From: Armatimonadota bacterium
GTDB taxonomy: Bacteria; Armatimonadota; HRBIN16
DNA length: 64,000 bases
NCBI GenBank assembly: GCA_049969495.1
Contig: JBMFOT010000006.1
Span: 3,108 to 67,107, forward strand
Direction: 5' to 3'
A program made the position numbers and the translations under genes. Shown here piece by piece: positions 29,420 to 37,624 of this stretch. How positions within the stretch are numbered: the stretch's first letter is position 1; each line of letters opens with the position of its first letter. Below the pieces are notes generated by a model, which saw nothing but the letters and a program-made list of their open reading frames with translations, ran no database searches and had not been told where the DNA came from.

Positions 29420-29436
29420 GGACACGGATAGGCACG
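29420..29436. promoter_or_regulatory. 17-bp motif GGACACGGATAGGCACG (copy 2), with an inverted CTATCCGTGTGCATCCGTGT 30 bp downstream
   Basis: Identical to 27343-27359. ACGGAT direct and ATCCGT inverted half-sites form a dyad array between the HD-GYP stop and the GT4 start. A TATAAT occurs at about 29522-29527. Confidence 0.35.
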
Positions 29437-29545
29437 GATGAAACGGATTGGCGCAGATACTATCCGTGTGCATCCGTGTACTATAAACGTTACCGAGTTG
29501 ATTGCAAACGACCCAAGAGGCTATAATATCGATACCCGTCCGATT

Positions 29546-30658
29546 ATGGAAGCACACGATTCGGCGAAAAGGTGGCGTGTTTTACAGGTGGTTTCCAGCT
29601 CGGCAACCTCCGGTGCCGAGAGACATCTTGTGCTTCTCGCCAAGACGCTTCAACAACAGGGACACCACGTGATTACCGTTTGTCCGCCATGCAACTGGCT
29701 TCCCGATGAGCTGCGACGTGCCGGCGTGCCTACCTTACCGCTGCCGATGCGCGGTGCTGGCTCGGTGATGACGTTGTGGCATCTCGCGCGTGTGGTGCGT
29801 GAACAACGGATAGACATTATCCACACCCACCTTACCCGCGCCACCTACTACGGTTTACTGCTGGGATTGCTGACGCACAAACCGGTGGTCTCCACAGTAC
29901 ATGTCTTCACCTCCGACCCTGCCTACCGCTGGCTGTCGCGTCTGGGCAATCCACTCATCGCCGTTTCAGAGGCGCTCAGACGCTGGCTTATCGAACATGG
30001 CGTGCCCGCCAGCGAGGTGCAGACCGTTCACAATGCCACCGACTTTATATCGCTAAACGGCGCACACGCGAACGCACCGCTGGAGGTGCGCAGAGAGTTT
30101 GGATTGCCGGAGAGCAGTAAGCTGATCGGACTCTTCGCCAAAATATCCCCCATCAAAGGGCAGGACCTGTTGTTGGAAGCGCTGCCGCAGGTGTTGCGCT
30201 CGCATCCTGATACGCATGTGTTGTTCGTGGGCAGCACCAACGGTGAGTTCGCCCGGCGTACCCAGCAGCGTGCGAGGGAACTGAAGGTGGGTCGTCACGT
30301 GGTCTTTACCGGATTGCGTTCCGACGTTGCCCGCCTGATGCAGGCAGTGGATGTGGTCACGCTGCCCTCGCGCTCGGAAACGTTCGGCCTGGCGGTGCTG
30401 GAGGCGATGGCACTGGGTAAGCCCGTTGTGGCGACACGGGTAGGGGGACTGCCCGAGCTGGTGCGCGACGGGGAGACAGGGATACTGGTGGACTACACAA
30501 CCGCTTCGCTGGCGCACGCGCTGAACGAACTGCTGAGCAGTGCAGACCTGCGCTACCGGCTGGGGCAGGCTGCCCGGTCATTTGCCTGTCAGCACTATAC
30601 GCCGGAGCGCATGGTGCAAAGCATCGAAGCAGTGTACGCACGGGCATTGACCGCCTGA
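29546..30658 (+). CDS. GT4-family glycosyltransferase
   Basis: ...RVLQVVSSSATSGAERHLVLLAKTL...; C-terminal E-x7-E region (FGLAVLEAMALGKPVVATRVGGLPELV). Start refined to the ATG at 29546. Confidence 0.85.
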   Translation: MEAHDSAKRWRVLQVVSSSATSGAERHLVLLAKTLQQQGHHVITVCPPCNWLPDELRRAGVPTLPLPMRGAGSVMTLWHLARVVREQRIDIIHTHLTRATYYGLLLGLLTHKPVVSTVHVFTSDPAYRWLSRLGNPLIAVSEALRRWLIEHGVPASEVQTVHNATDFISLNGAHANAPLEVRREFGLPESSKLIGLFAKISPIKGQDLLLEALPQVLRSHPDTHVLFVGSTNGEFARRTQQRARELKVGRHVVFTGLRSDVARLMQAVDVVTLPSRSETFGLAVLEAMALGKPVVATRVGGLPELVRDGETGILVDYTTASLAHALNELLSSADLRYRLGQAARSFACQHYTPERMVQSIEAVYARALTA

Positions 30659-30660
30659 AG

Positions 30661-31395
30661 ATGGTACCCATCCTGATGTACCATAACGTGGGCGCGAGGG
30701 AACGTCATCTCAACGTTTCTCCACAGGCTCTGGCAAGGCAATGTCGCCTGCTGCGAGCGATGGGTTTTCGTGCTATCACGCTGGGCGAACTCGCGGAGCC
30801 TCTGCAAGCACACTATCTTCCCCAACGCGCGGTGGTGTTTACCTTCGACGACGCCCTGCTCGGCGTGTATGAACATGCGTTGCCCGTGCTGCAAGCCTAC
30901 GGATGGTCTGCCACCGTGTTTGCCGTCAGCAGTCGGCTGGGGCAGGAGGCGGATTGGGCTCCACGTCACCGCCACCGCGTGATGAGCCGCGAGCAGCTTG
31001 CCGAACTGCACGCCCAGGGTTGGGAGGTAGGGGCGCATACTCTCACCCACCCCTATCTCACCCGCCTGTCCCCAGAGGAGGCTCGCCGGGAGATTGCACA
31101 ATGCAGGGAAGACCTTCAGCAGCTGGTCGGTGCGCAGGTGCTCAGCTTCTGCTACCCGTACGGCGATTTGGATGACCAGGTGGTGCAGATGGTTCGGCAG
31201 GCAGGCTACCGGGTTGCGTGCACGGTGCGCAAGGGGTTGGTACATCCGCACGATGACCCGCTTACTCTCCCCCGCGTACCGATTGCCTACAGTGACGGCG
31301 CGACAGGCTTGCTGTATCGACTGTGGCGGGCATGGAGGCGTACCCTACACTGGGAGAAATCTCCACGCAATGTGAGGGTGTTCGAGAATTGTTGA
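30661..31395 (+). CDS. Polysaccharide deacetylase (CE4/NodB family)
   Basis: ILMYHNV...VVFTFDDALLGVYEHALPVLQAYGWSATVFAV...GAHTLTHPYL shows the NodB-homology motifs. The start lies 3 nt after the GT4 stop. Confidence 0.85.
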   Translation: MVPILMYHNVGARERHLNVSPQALARQCRLLRAMGFRAITLGELAEPLQAHYLPQRAVVFTFDDALLGVYEHALPVLQAYGWSATVFAVSSRLGQEADWAPRHRHRVMSREQLAELHAQGWEVGAHTLTHPYLTRLSPEEARREIAQCREDLQQLVGAQVLSFCYPYGDLDDQVVQMVRQAGYRVACTVRKGLVHPHDDPLTLPRVPIAYSDGATGLLYRLWRAWRRTLHWEKSPRNVRVFENC

Positions 31396-31411
31396 GAAGT
31401 TGGTTGTAGCG

Positions 31412-31520
31412 CAAGGGGAGAGGCGTTCTTGCTACCCCTTGTCTTACCTCACCCCCGTCCCCTCTCCTACGAGGAGAGGGGGGCGTTCCCCCTTCCCTGC
31501 GAGGGAAGGGGGCTAGGGGG
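31412..31520. repeat. Cluster of three GC-rich REP-like hairpins (CAAGGGG..CCCCTTG; CCCTCTCCT-acg-AGGAGAGGG; CCCCCTTCCC-tgcg-AGGGAAGGGGG)
   Basis: Inverted repeats read directly downstream of the deacetylase stop. Same CCCTCTCC/GGAGAGGG family as at 7905, 35399 and 36018. Confidence 0.5.
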
Positions 31521-31572
31521 TTAGGTTATCTATCCATTCAACCACCAATTTATCGAACTCCCTCAGAGCCTA

Positions 31573-31627
31573 TTGACAAATCGTGCAGCCTGTGTTATGA
31601 TAAAGATGAACCTTAACGTTAAACGTT
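31573..31627 (+). promoter_or_regulatory. Putative promoter (TTGACA-17nt-TATGAT) and tandem AACGTT palindromes (candidate operator) upstream of the LacI-family gene
   Basis: TTGACA at 31573-31578, a 17-nt spacer, TATGAT at 31596-31601. Then TAACGTTAAACGTT at about 31614-31627, just before the start at 31647. Confidence 0.4.
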
Positions 31628-31646
31628 GAGGGATAAAGTAATCATC

Positions 31647-32645
31647 ATGCTTACGAAAAGGGCGACTATCAAAGATATAGCGGCACGGGTGGGCGTCTCT
31701 GCAACGGTAGTGTCGCAGGTGCTGCGAGGGGTACAGGGGGCGATGGTCTCCACAGCCACACGCCAGCGCATCCTGGACACTGCCCGCGAGCTGGGCTATC
31801 GTCCCAACCGACAAGCGCAGGCACTGGTGGGAGGCAAGACGTATACAGTGGCTATTTGGAAACATGGTCTGCACTCGCCCTTCCACGCCTGGGTGATACA
31901 CGAGTGTGCGCAGCAGGCGTACGCCGACGGCTATGAGGTGATTATTCGTGACTTTACCTCCGTGCGCGAGGACACTTTATGGATGCACATCAACGATGTA
32001 GACGGTATCCTGGCGCACGAGTGTCCTGCTCATGCGCGAATGCTCCTGCAACAGCATCCACACGCGCGTTTACCGATAGTCAGCATGGGCGCCTTTTACA
32101 TCACGGAATGCGACCATGTGGGTATAGACCTGTATCCGGCTGCGCGCGAGGCGGTGCAGCATCTCGTTGGCAACGGCTGTCGTCGTATCGCATACGTGGC
32201 GCATGACCCCGACCGATCTTCCGGGGAGCCGCGCTACGAGGCATACCGGTCGGTGCTGCAGGAGGCAGGCATTCCGCTAGAGTACATCGCCCTGCGTGAC
32301 GCCCCTCGCGCCGAGGCGCGTCGCCTGCTACGAGAGTACTTTCAACAGCAGGGAACGCCCGACGGCATCTTTTGCCATAACGACGATGCGGCGATAACTT
32401 GCTTACGTGCAGTGTATGACACGGGCGCTCGCGTGCCGGATGACGTTGCGCTGGTGGGATGCGACGGCATCGATGAGACACAATACACCTTTCCGGAGCT
32501 CAGCACGATTGTACAACCGATAGAGGAGATGTGCCAACAGGCATGGAGGCTGTTCAGGCAGCGACTGGAGCAGCCGGGTAGGGAAATTGAAGGGGTGATA
32601 TTGCCTGCCCGGTTCGTCGCTCGTGGCTCTTCGCTGCGTTCTTAA
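31647..32645 (+). CDS. LacI-family transcriptional regulator
   Basis: N-terminal HTH ([22 protein letters not shown]) followed by a periplasmic-binding-protein-like sugar-binding domain. Confidence 0.85.
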   Translation: MLTKRATIKDIAARVGVSATVVSQVLRGVQGAMVSTATRQRILDTARELGYRPNRQAQALVGGKTYTVAIWKHGLHSPFHAWVIHECAQQAYADGYEVIIRDFTSVREDTLWMHINDVDGILAHECPAHARMLLQQHPHARLPIVSMGAFYITECDHVGIDLYPAAREAVQHLVGNGCRRIAYVAHDPDRSSGEPRYEAYRSVLQEAGIPLEYIALRDAPRAEARRLLREYFQQQGTPDGIFCHNDDAAITCLRAVYDTGARVPDDVALVGCDGIDETQYTFPELSTIVQPIEEMCQQAWRLFRQRLEQPGREIEGVILPARFVARGSSLRS

Positions 32646-32722
32646 TATGGCGATCAGGGGTAGAGTGCAGTGGCTGCCCCTTGATTAAGCGCATAAACAA
32701 CAACGATCGGAGGGATTATCCA

Positions 32723-33568
32723 ATGAAACGCAGCGCTTTCACGCTCATTGAGCTGCTGGTCGTTATCGCGATTATCGCGATACTGGCAGCGATCCTGTTC
32801 CCGGTGTTCGCTCAGGCACGCGAGAAGGCACGTAGCATCACCTGCCTGAGCAACACTAAGCAAGTCGGACTGGCAGCAGCCATGTACTTGCAGGATTATG
32901 ACGAAACAACGGCGCCTGCCAAAACATGCGGTGGGGACGGCACGTGTGCCACGGCACCTGCGCCTGGGCGATTCTCCTGTGCCAACGATTCGATAAGCCC
33001 ACCCTACTACATCGAGTGCATTGGGCCTTTTGCTTCCTTCCAGGACCTGGTGCAGCCATATATGAAGAACTACGGGTTGCTAGTTTGCACCTCGAACCCT
33101 CAAAGAGGCGTTTGGCCCACGGATCCGACCTGCGATGGTACCGCCGGCAATCGACAGTACACTTACAAAGTGAACCACTATGCGGTGTCGCCGGTCGTGT
33201 ACCTGAACAACTATGATCCCAACATGCAGAACCCGTACGTCGGATGGACGGCGATCGGGGCACCTCTCGCTCGATTTGCCACTCCCGCATCGCTGATACT
33301 GCTTGCCGAGTTCTACGGCACCTGTCCTGACGTGCGCAACAGTATCCATGACATCGACTGTGGTATCCACAACGGGGGATCAAACTACGTCTTTGTAGAC
33401 GGTCACGCGAAGTGGTACCGTTTCCTGCAGACAGTCACCCCGGACAGGACATGCATGTGGGCAGGCGAAGAAGACCCGAACGCACAGCTGGTTATTTGCA
33501 CCGCCTACAAGAACAAAGTCATCGCCAGGGCACCGGGTAGGCCGTTCTTGCAGAAGTGTCTGCAGTAG
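32723..33568 (+). CDS. Prepilin-type N-terminal cleavage/methylation domain protein, DUF1559 (H-X9-DG) family
   Basis: [29 protein letters not shown] (type IV pilin-like leader and TM), and C-terminal [21 protein letters not shown]. Confidence 0.85.
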   Translation: MKRSAFTLIELLVVIAIIAILAAILFPVFAQAREKARSITCLSNTKQVGLAAAMYLQDYDETTAPAKTCGGDGTCATAPAPGRFSCANDSISPPYYIECIGPFASFQDLVQPYMKNYGLLVCTSNPQRGVWPTDPTCDGTAGNRQYTYKVNHYAVSPVVYLNNYDPNMQNPYVGWTAIGAPLARFATPASLILLAEFYGTCPDVRNSIHDIDCGIHNGGSNYVFVDGHAKWYRFLQTVTPDRTCMWAGEEDPNAQLVICTAYKNKVIARAPGRPFLQKCLQ

Positions 33569-33579
33569 GGAGGCTAGCG

Positions 33580-33768
33580 ATGAATAAGGAAGTGCACTGG
33601 GGCTGGGTCATTGCTGCCATTGTGGTAGCGATACTGATACTCGTGGGTGGGCTCTGGTGGCAAGATAAGAAGCGCACCGCCGAGTACATCAAGTATCGCC
33701 AGGAGGTGGTGGCAGGCGAGCAGCGGATTGGAGCTCCCGCGGGACCGGCTTCACGTGAGGAGCGGTAG
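33580..33768 (+). CDS. Small single-pass membrane protein (63 aa) immediately downstream of the DUF1559 gene
   Basis: MNKEVHWGWVIAAIVVAILILVGGLWWQDKKRTAEYIKYRQE...; TM helix, then a basic juxtamembrane stretch. Overlaps the DUF1559 stop. Confidence 0.45.
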   Translation: MNKEVHWGWVIAAIVVAILILVGGLWWQDKKRTAEYIKYRQEVVAGEQRIGAPAGPASREER

Positions 33769-33822
33769 CTTGCTTGCTGCTCGCATCACGCGATAACACA
33801 AGCAACTCGATTCGCAGGCCAA

Positions 33823-33857
33823 TCTGCTTCTGCCGGTATGCCCGCGCAGGGCATACC
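33823..33857 (+). terminator. Rho-independent terminator (CCGGTATGCCC-gcgca-GGGCATACCGG + GCTTTTT)
   Basis: 11-bp perfect stem followed by a T-tract, about 55 nt after the small-protein stop. Confidence 0.7.
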
Positions 33858-33964
33858 GGGCTTTTTGTGCCTGAGCAAGGGAAACCCTGCGCGAACGGCG
33901 AAAGGAAAAGTGAATGGGATGCGAAGACAATTGCGCAGGGAATCAGTCGAAGGGGGAAGGAACG

Positions 33965-35407
33965 ATGCACAAGCTTTCGCGACGACGCTTCTTGCAGGAT
34001 TCGCTGGCACTGCTGGCGGTCAGTGCACTGCCCGCTCCCGTTTTCGCCTCGGTCAAGGTGGCTCGTAAGCAAGCCAGCTCCAACGAGCGCATCGGCGCGG
34101 CGGTCATCGGCTTCAACGGGCAGGGCAAAAGCCACATCCGTCAGCTGCTGGCTCAACCCGATGTGGACCTGGTGGCGCTGTGCGACGTGGACGAGGCGGT
34201 ATGGCCCATCGGACTGAAGATTGTGGAAGACGCGGGCAGACCCAAACCCAAAACCTATCAGGACATCCGCAAACTGCTGGAAGACAAGGACGTGGACGTG
34301 GTGACCATCGCCACGCCCAATCACTGGCACGCACTCGCCGCTATCTGGGCGATGATGGCGGGCAAGGATGTGTATGTTGAAAAGCCCTCTAGCCATAACG
34401 TGTGGGAAGGTCGCCGCACGGTAGACATTGCCCGACAGCTGGGGCGCATCTGCCAAGTGGGCACGCAGATTCGCTCCTCCGAAGGCATCCGCCAGGCGAT
34501 GCAGTACCTGCACGAGGGCAAGCTGGGCAAGGTGTACCTGGCGCGCGGACTGTGCTATAAACGACGCGATTCTATCGGCAAGGTACCCGGGCCACAGGAA
34601 CCACCCGCCACGGTAGACTACGACATCTGGCTGGGACCCGCGCCCAAGAAGCCTGTGATGCGCCAGCGGTTCCATTACGACTGGCACTGGTTCTGGGACT
34701 ACGGCAACGGCGACCTGGGTAACCAGGGTGTGCACCAGATGGACATCGCCCGCTGGGGCTTGAACAAGAATACCCTGCCGAACAAGGTGCTGGGCTTGGG
34801 CGGGCGCTTCGGCTATGTGGACGACGGTGAGACGCCCAACACCGAGCTGGTCTTCTGCGACTACGGCGATAGCCAGCTCATCTTCGAAGTGCGCGGGCTG
34901 GAGACCCCCGACCTGAAGGGCGTCAAGGTCGGTAACATCTTCTACGGCGAGAAGGGTATCATGGTCATCCCCAGCTACAGCCAGGCGATTGTGTTCGACA
35001 ACGACGGCAACAAGGTGACCGAGTTCGGCGCGGGTGGCGACCACATGCGCAACTTCCTCGACGCGGTGCGCAGCCGAAAGCACACCGACCTGCACGCCGA
35101 CATCGAAGAGGGGCATCTCTCCAGCGCGTTGTGTCATCTGGGCAACATCTCCTATCGGCTGGGTGAGCTGGTACCCTTTGACGCCGAGAAGAAAGCCTTC
35201 GGGGATAACAAGGAGGCTTACGAGACCTTTGCCCGCTTCGAGGAGCACCTCGCGGCAAACAACATCGTGCTGCGGGAAACAAAGTATCGCCTGGGACGCG
35301 AACTGCAAATTGATGCCCACCACGAAACCTGCGGGCGCGATTCGCGGGCGAACCGTTTGCTCACCCGCGAGTACCGAAAACCCTACGTCGTGCCAGAGAA
35401 GGTGTAG
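33965..35407 (+). CDS. Gfo/Idh/MocA-family oxidoreductase with twin-arginine (Tat) signal
   Basis: MHKLSRRRFLQDSLALLAVSALPAPVFA (Tat motif SRRRFLQ) and a Rossmann fold (IGAAVIGFNGQGKSHI). Start refined to 33965. The stop TAG is supplied by the 51-bp repeat. Confidence 0.85.
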   Translation: MHKLSRRRFLQDSLALLAVSALPAPVFASVKVARKQASSNERIGAAVIGFNGQGKSHIRQLLAQPDVDLVALCDVDEAVWPIGLKIVEDAGRPKPKTYQDIRKLLEDKDVDVVTIATPNHWHALAAIWAMMAGKDVYVEKPSSHNVWEGRRTVDIARQLGRICQVGTQIRSSEGIRQAMQYLHEGKLGKVYLARGLCYKRRDSIGKVPGPQEPPATVDYDIWLGPAPKKPVMRQRFHYDWHWFWDYGNGDLGNQGVHQMDIARWGLNKNTLPNKVLGLGGRFGYVDDGETPNTELVFCDYGDSQLIFEVRGLETPDLKGVKVGNIFYGEKGIMVIPSYSQAIVFDNDGNKVTEFGAGGDHMRNFLDAVRSRKHTDLHADIEEGHLSSALCHLGNISYRLGELVPFDAEKKAFGDNKEAYETFARFEEHLAANNIVLRETKYRLGRELQIDAHHETCGRDSRANRLLTREYRKPYVVPEKV

Positions 35408-35449
35408 CCCTCACTCTCCCCCCTCTCCCAGGCGTCGGGAGAGGGGGCT
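35399..35449. repeat. 51-bp direct repeat, copy A (AAGGTGTAGCCCTCACTCTCCCCCCTCTCCCAGGCGTCGGGAGAGGGGGCT), containing the CCCCTCTCCC/GGGAGAGGGG hairpin
   Basis: Identical at 51/51 to 36018-36068. It provides the last two codons plus stop (K-V-stop) of the oxidoreductase gene. Confidence 0.85.
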
Positions 35450-35525
35450 TGACGGTTTGTTCCGCAACGCTACCTGTGCTAAAATAATGGAGGAGTGTAC
35501 TTGAAACTGTGTGTTAGGGACAAGT

Positions 35526-35750
35526 ATGAGTGGAAGACAGCTACGAGGGCTGAAAGGGGAAGAGGTTATCAAAGCTTTTGAAAGAGCGGGAGGCGTTGTG
35601 CGCAAAGGGAAAGGAAGTCATGTGAACATCAAGATGCCGAACGGAGCGCTCATCACTATTCCAGTGGTATCGGAAGTCAAGGTTGGCTTGCTGAAGGCGG
35701 CGATTCACCGAGCAGGGCTCAGCGAGGAAGAGTTTATCCGTTTCCTCTAA
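35526..35750 (+). CDS. hicA: HicA-family mRNA interferase toxin
   Basis: MSGRQLRGLKGEEVIKAFERAGGVVRKGKGSHVNIKMPNGALITIPVVSEVKVGLLKAAIHRAGLSEEEF matches the YcfA/HicA fold with the conserved GSH. Candidate promoter TTGTTC-17-TAAAAT at 35457-35485. Confidence 0.85.
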   Translation: MSGRQLRGLKGEEVIKAFERAGGVVRKGKGSHVNIKMPNGALITIPVVSEVKVGLLKAAIHRAGLSEEEFIRFL

Positions 35751-35762
35751 AGGAGGAGCACA

Positions 35763-36026
35763 ATGGACTATACCGTTATCATCCACGATGCGGAAGAAGG
35801 TGGATACTGGATAGAAGTACCCGCCTTACCCGGTTGCTTCTCGCAGGGCGAGAGCATGGAAGAAGCCTTGCAAAACATCCAGGAAGCCATCGCTGTGCAC
35901 CTCGATGCTTTGGCAGAAGAAGGAAAAAGTGCCCCACCCGACATCGGCTGGATGGTGGCACGGGTAGCAGTGCCGAAGATACAGGCTCAACCAACAGCTA
36001 CACGCAAAAGGGCTCACAAGGTGTAG
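35763..36026 (+). CDS. hicB: HicB-family antitoxin
   Basis: MDYTVIIHDAEEGGYWIEVPALPGCFSQGESMEEALQNIQEAIAVHLDAL matches HicB/UPF0150. AAAGGAGG SD. The stop TAG lies inside repeat copy B. Confidence 0.85.
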   Translation: MDYTVIIHDAEEGGYWIEVPALPGCFSQGESMEEALQNIQEAIAVHLDALAEEGKSAPPDIGWMVARVAVPKIQAQPTATRKRAHKV

Positions 36027-36068
36027 CCCTCACTCTCCCCCCTCTCCCAGGCGTCGGGAGAGGGGGCT
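36018..36068. repeat. 51-bp direct repeat, copy B (identical to 35399-35449)
   Basis: Perfect duplicate. It provides K-V-stop to hicB. The hicAB cassette lies exactly between copies A and B. Confidence 0.85.
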
Positions 36069-36075
36069 CTTGTGT

Positions 36076-36294
36076 TTAGCGGGCGGTCTGCTCGCCTCCG
36101 GCTGGAGGGGCAACTCCCCCACCGCCCGGTGGTCCCATCCGCTGTGACTTGGGCAGCATCGGACCGGTGTAATAGCCGGGGGGCGGAGGCTCCTCCTTCT
36201 GTGCCTGAAAACGCAGTAGCATGGCTATGCCTACCAGCACAATGCCCACCAGTAACAGGATGAGGATGTTCTTCTGCCTGCCAGTTGCACCCAT
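36076..36294 (-). CDS. Small membrane protein with conserved GYYxGPMLPKSQR motif (paralog 1)
   Basis: MGATGRQKNILILLLVGIVLVGIAMLLRFQAQKEEPPPPGYYTGPMLPKSQRMGPPGGGG... The motif is shared with the neighbouring gene at 36352-36534. Start refined to the internal Met. Confidence 0.5.
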   Translation of the reverse strand: MGATGRQKNILILLLVGIVLVGIAMLLRFQAQKEEPPPPGYYTGPMLPKSQRMGPPGGGGVAPPAGGEQTAR

Positions 36295-36351
36295 CGCTGC
36301 TTTCCTCCACACTGCCGAAATGAAGCCCCCGCCCACAGGCGGGGGCTTCGG

Positions 36352-36534
36352 CTAATTCGTTGTCCCTTGAGCGGGTGTGCTTCCCCTCTGGCTCTTGGGA
36401 AGCATAGGACCCTCGTAGTAGCCCTCTGCCTTGGGGTCTTCTTTCTTTCCACAGGCGGTGATACTCAGGCCGATGACCACGAGCCACAAAAGGCTGAGCA
36501 CGAGCAGTATCGCTCTGACGATGCCTCTTCGCAT
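36352..36534 (-). CDS. Small lipoprotein with conserved GYYxGPMLPKSQR motif (paralog 2)
   Basis: MRRGIVRAILLVLSLLWLVVIGLSITACGKKEDPKAEGYYEGPMLPKSQRGSTPAQGTTN; signal peptide plus lipobox ITAC. Lies 4 nt downstream of the DUF1559 gene. Confidence 0.55.
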   Translation of the reverse strand: MRRGIVRAILLVLSLLWLVVIGLSITACGKKEDPKAEGYYEGPMLPKSQRGSTPAQGTTN

Positions 36535-36538
36535 GGGA

Positions 36539-37357
36539 CTACTCCATCGAGAAAGTGAAGTAGCGCTCGTAGTACACGGTCTGCCCGTTCTCGACGGTGG
36601 TCGCTAGGTAGCGCTCCGGATTGCGCTTGATGTTCTTGGCATGACCATCCAGGAAGGTAAAGTTCGCACCGTCCTGGTGGATCTTCTGCGATTCGCAACC
36701 GATGGAGATGACCACATAGGTGGGGCCTTTGTCCAACATGGTGATGCCGTCACCTATGAGGATGGTCTCCGCCGGTCGCTTGATTTCCGGCATATACCGG
36801 GTAAGCCCACCACTTTCAGCTGGATAGCACAGACTACCCGGGAAGTGGTAGTAAGGATTCTCAGGGGTGCCTGCGCCACCGCGCTGCGCCATCTGGAACA
36901 CGATGCCGTAGTGAGCGAAGACCTGAGTGGGAGGCCAGTAGGGGTCCATCTCACCCGGATAGCAGTCAGGCATGTTGACACCCTCCATGTACCTTTCCTG
37001 GCTCCACGAGGGGCATCGATGCAAGCCAGCAGGCTGTCCACCTACAGTGTAGGTCCGCCCTGCATCTGGCGGCACCAGAGTGCTTTTGATGTACGGATGT
37101 AGCAGACCGAACCAGAACCGCTCGTTCAAGGGCTGCCCGGGGTACTCCCGAATCTTGAACCAGGGCACGATGGCTTCATCGTAGTCCTGGGCATACATCA
37201 GGATCGCCGTGCCGAACTGTTTGGAGTTGGACAGACACGACGATTTCCGAGCCGCTTCTCGCGCCTGCGAGAAGACGGGGAACAGGATCGCTGCCAGTAT
37301 CGCGATAATCGCGATAACAACCAGCAGCTCGATGAGCGTAAAAGCATGTCGTTTCAT
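36539..37357 (-). CDS. Prepilin-type N-terminal cleavage/methylation domain protein, DUF1559 (H-X9-DG) family, paralog 2
   Basis: [47 protein letters not shown]... with C-terminal [13 protein letters not shown]. Start refined to 37357. Confidence 0.85.
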   Translation of the reverse strand: MKRHAFTLIELLVVIAIIAILAAILFPVFSQAREAARKSSCLSNSKQFGTAILMYAQDYDEAIVPWFKIREYPGQPLNERFWFGLLHPYIKSTLVPPDAGRTYTVGGQPAGLHRCPSWSQERYMEGVNMPDCYPGEMDPYWPPTQVFAHYGIVFQMAQRGGAGTPENPYYHFPGSLCYPAESGGLTRYMPEIKRPAETILIGDGITMLDKGPTYVVISIGCESQKIHQDGANFTFLDGHAKNIKRNPERYLATTVENGQTVYYERYFTFSME

Positions 37358-37624
37358 TACCGTTTTACCCTCCTGACCTTGGATGTGATGAATTATGTCA
37401 AGCGCTTGAAAGCGCCGGACATCCTGTGTATACATATTCAGAAAGATTATACCTAACCTTCTTTTTTTCCGCAACCCTGCACCATAATCTAATGCTATTC
37501 GTTGTTATTTTAAGCCTTCCTTCCCATTTTGTCAATAACTATTAAGTCTTCCAGCGATTTTACTGTACTTTTGCGGAGATGACAGGGCGTGGCGGGTAGT
37601 ACCACGCCCTGGGGGAAATAAGTC

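Noticed and set aside
33689-35323. 544-aa ORF on the minus strand
   Set aside because: It lies entirely antisense to the well-supported Tat-Gfo/Idh/MocA oxidoreductase gene. It has no recognisable motifs and is a typical long shadow ORF in high-GC DNA.
35399-36068. Possible CRISPR array
   Set aside because: There are only two copies of the 51-bp repeat, 568 bp apart, with protein-coding genes between them. No array regularity and no cas genes are present.
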